A DNA stretch of 64,000 bases, from assembly GCA_050250375.1 (NCBI GenBank), contig JBFWOS010000002.1, forward strand, positions 453,149 through 517,148, written 5' to 3'. Origin of the DNA: Candidatus Omnitrophota bacterium (lineage in GTDB: Bacteria > Omnitrophota > Gorgyraeia > Zapsychrales > Zapsychraceae). Every line of letters starts with the position of its first letter. Position 1 is the first letter of the stretch. Below are positions 62,929 to 64,000 of this stretch, one piece after another. The notes beneath the pieces are model-generated. The model was given only the letters and a program-made list of their open reading frames with translations. It was not told the origin of the DNA and searched no databases. The position numbers and the translations under genes were made by a program.

Positions 62929-64000
62929 ATGTTATCACAACTAACCATTAAAAATTTTGGGCTGATTGATGAGGTCTCCCTTGATCTTCAAAAAGGACTG
63001 AATGTCCTGACCGGTGAGACCGGGGCCGGGAAATCGATTCTTATTGAAGCCCTGCGGGTTGCCCTTGGCGGGCGGATCACCGCGACCCATGTCCGTGATC
63101 CCCAGAAAGAATGTGTGATTGAAGCCGTTTTCGACCTGGCCGAGGCCGCGGGGATCAACCGGGATGTGGTCGGTGAATTCTTCAGTGACGGTGAACCCCA
63201 GCTGATCATCCAGCGGGTCTACCAGGCCGACGGCCGGGGCAAGATCAAGATCAACGGTCTGACCGTGACCGCCGGCCAGTTGAAAACAGTCGGCCAGCAG
63301 CTCATTGATTTCCACGGGGCGCATGACCACCAGATGCTCCTCTCCCCCGAATGCCATATCCGGATGCTGGACCGGTTGATTGATTTCGGTGAAAGCCTCG
63401 GGCAATACCGACAGCAATACCAGGAGTATGAACGTCTCAGCCGCCAGCAGCGGGAAATCCAGAATCTGGCCCAGTCCAGGGAACGGGAACTGGATATGCT
63501 CAACCACCAGGTCACCGAACTCGGACAGGTCCCGCTGGAAGAACAGGATTACGAACAGGTCAAGAGTGACGTGGCCAAGATTGACAATATGGAACGCCTG
63601 AATGAATGCCTGGGACAGTTGCTGGATATCTTTGATAATTCTGAATACGGGATCAGCCGCAAAACGCAGGAACTCTTTTCCCCCATGCGGGTCCTCAATA
63701 ATATCGACGAGTCGACCGCTGATCTGATGGCGGAACTTACCGGACTGCAGGCCCAGGGAGATGATTTGTTGGCCCGTCTGAATGATTACGCCTCCAGCCT
63801 CTCTTTTGATTCGAAAGAGGCGGATGAAGTCCACCGCCGGGATGACATCTACGATGACCTTCTGCGCAAATACGGTCCGGGAATCGGGGATGCCAAAATA
63901 TTTTATGAAAATGCCCGGGAACGGCTGGACCTTTTATCCAACCTGGAACACAATGATGTCAAACTTAAAGAAGCGATCGAACAGGTCAAAAAAGACCTGG
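62929..64000 (+). CDS. recN: DNA repair protein RecN (5' part; runs off the window)
   Basis: It starts MLSQLTIKNFGLIDEVSLDLQKGLNVLTGETGAGKSILIEAL, the SMC-like N-terminus with a Walker A motif. It is not in the ORF track because no stop falls within the window. Confidence 0.9.
   Translation, partial: MLSQLTIKNFGLIDEVSLDLQKGLNVLTGETGAGKSILIEALRVALGGRITATHVRDPQKECVIEAVFDLAEAAGINRDVVGEFFSDGEPQLIIQRVYQADGRGKIKINGLTVTAGQLKTVGQQLIDFHGAHDHQMLLSPECHIRMLDRLIDFGESLGQYRQQYQEYERLSRQQREIQNLAQSRERELDMLNHQVTELGQVPLEEQDYEQVKSDVAKIDNMERLNECLGQLLDIFDNSEYGISRKTQELFSPMRVLNNIDESTADLMAELTGLQAQGDDLLARLNDYASSLSFDSKEADEVHRRDDIYDDLLRKYGPGIGDAKIFYENARERLDLLSNLEHNDVKLKEAIEQVKKDL

Noticed and set aside
62941-63834. 297-aa minus-strand ORF
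   Set aside because: It is antisense to a clear recN N-terminus on the plus strand. recN itself is missing from the ORF track only because it has no stop inside the window.

Overview
This 64-kb window is from an apparently uncultivated bacterium, and almost every gene is on the minus strand. It contains housekeeping genes: valS; a threonine/lysine/isoleucine-branch biosynthesis cluster (pilZ-hom-thrC-coaB-iPGM-like-lysC-cimA); gpsA; a partial recN; and five tRNAs (Gly-CCC, Pro-GGG and a Thr-Tyr-Gly cluster). These are interspersed with accessory material: a HigB/HigA-like toxin-antitoxin pair with a palindromic operator, an ORF6N pseudogene flanked by direct repeats that carry a 20-bp perfect palindrome, a PEP-CTERM protein and a truncated paralog, a sensor kinase with a solute-binding protein, an AraC-MGMT (Ada-like) fusion, and Sel1/TPR/MORN repeat proteins. 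The main feature is a locus of three giant paralogous genes encoding signal-peptide proteins of 4821, 2429 and 1225 aa (19485-33950, 43041-50330, 57214-60891). All three share an N-terminal module of about 330 aa and a C-terminal module of about 60 aa that I do not recognise. Their cores are different, partly degenerate, metabolic-enzyme-like domains: tandem Glu/Leu/Phe/Val-dehydrogenase-like units plus a DUF89-like domain; a complete AceK-like isocitrate dehydrogenase kinase/phosphatase homolog plus tandem D-2-hydroxyacid-dehydrogenase-like units; and a RIO/Kdo-kinase-like domain plus a GNAT-like domain. A fragment retaining the same C-terminal module sits next to the 2429-aa gene, and the two largest genes share an upstream bipartite motif. 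All domain calls come from by-eye motif recognition on the translated ORFs. No searches were run, and starts given as GTG/TTG in the ORF track were moved to ATG where an ATG with an RBS was visible.
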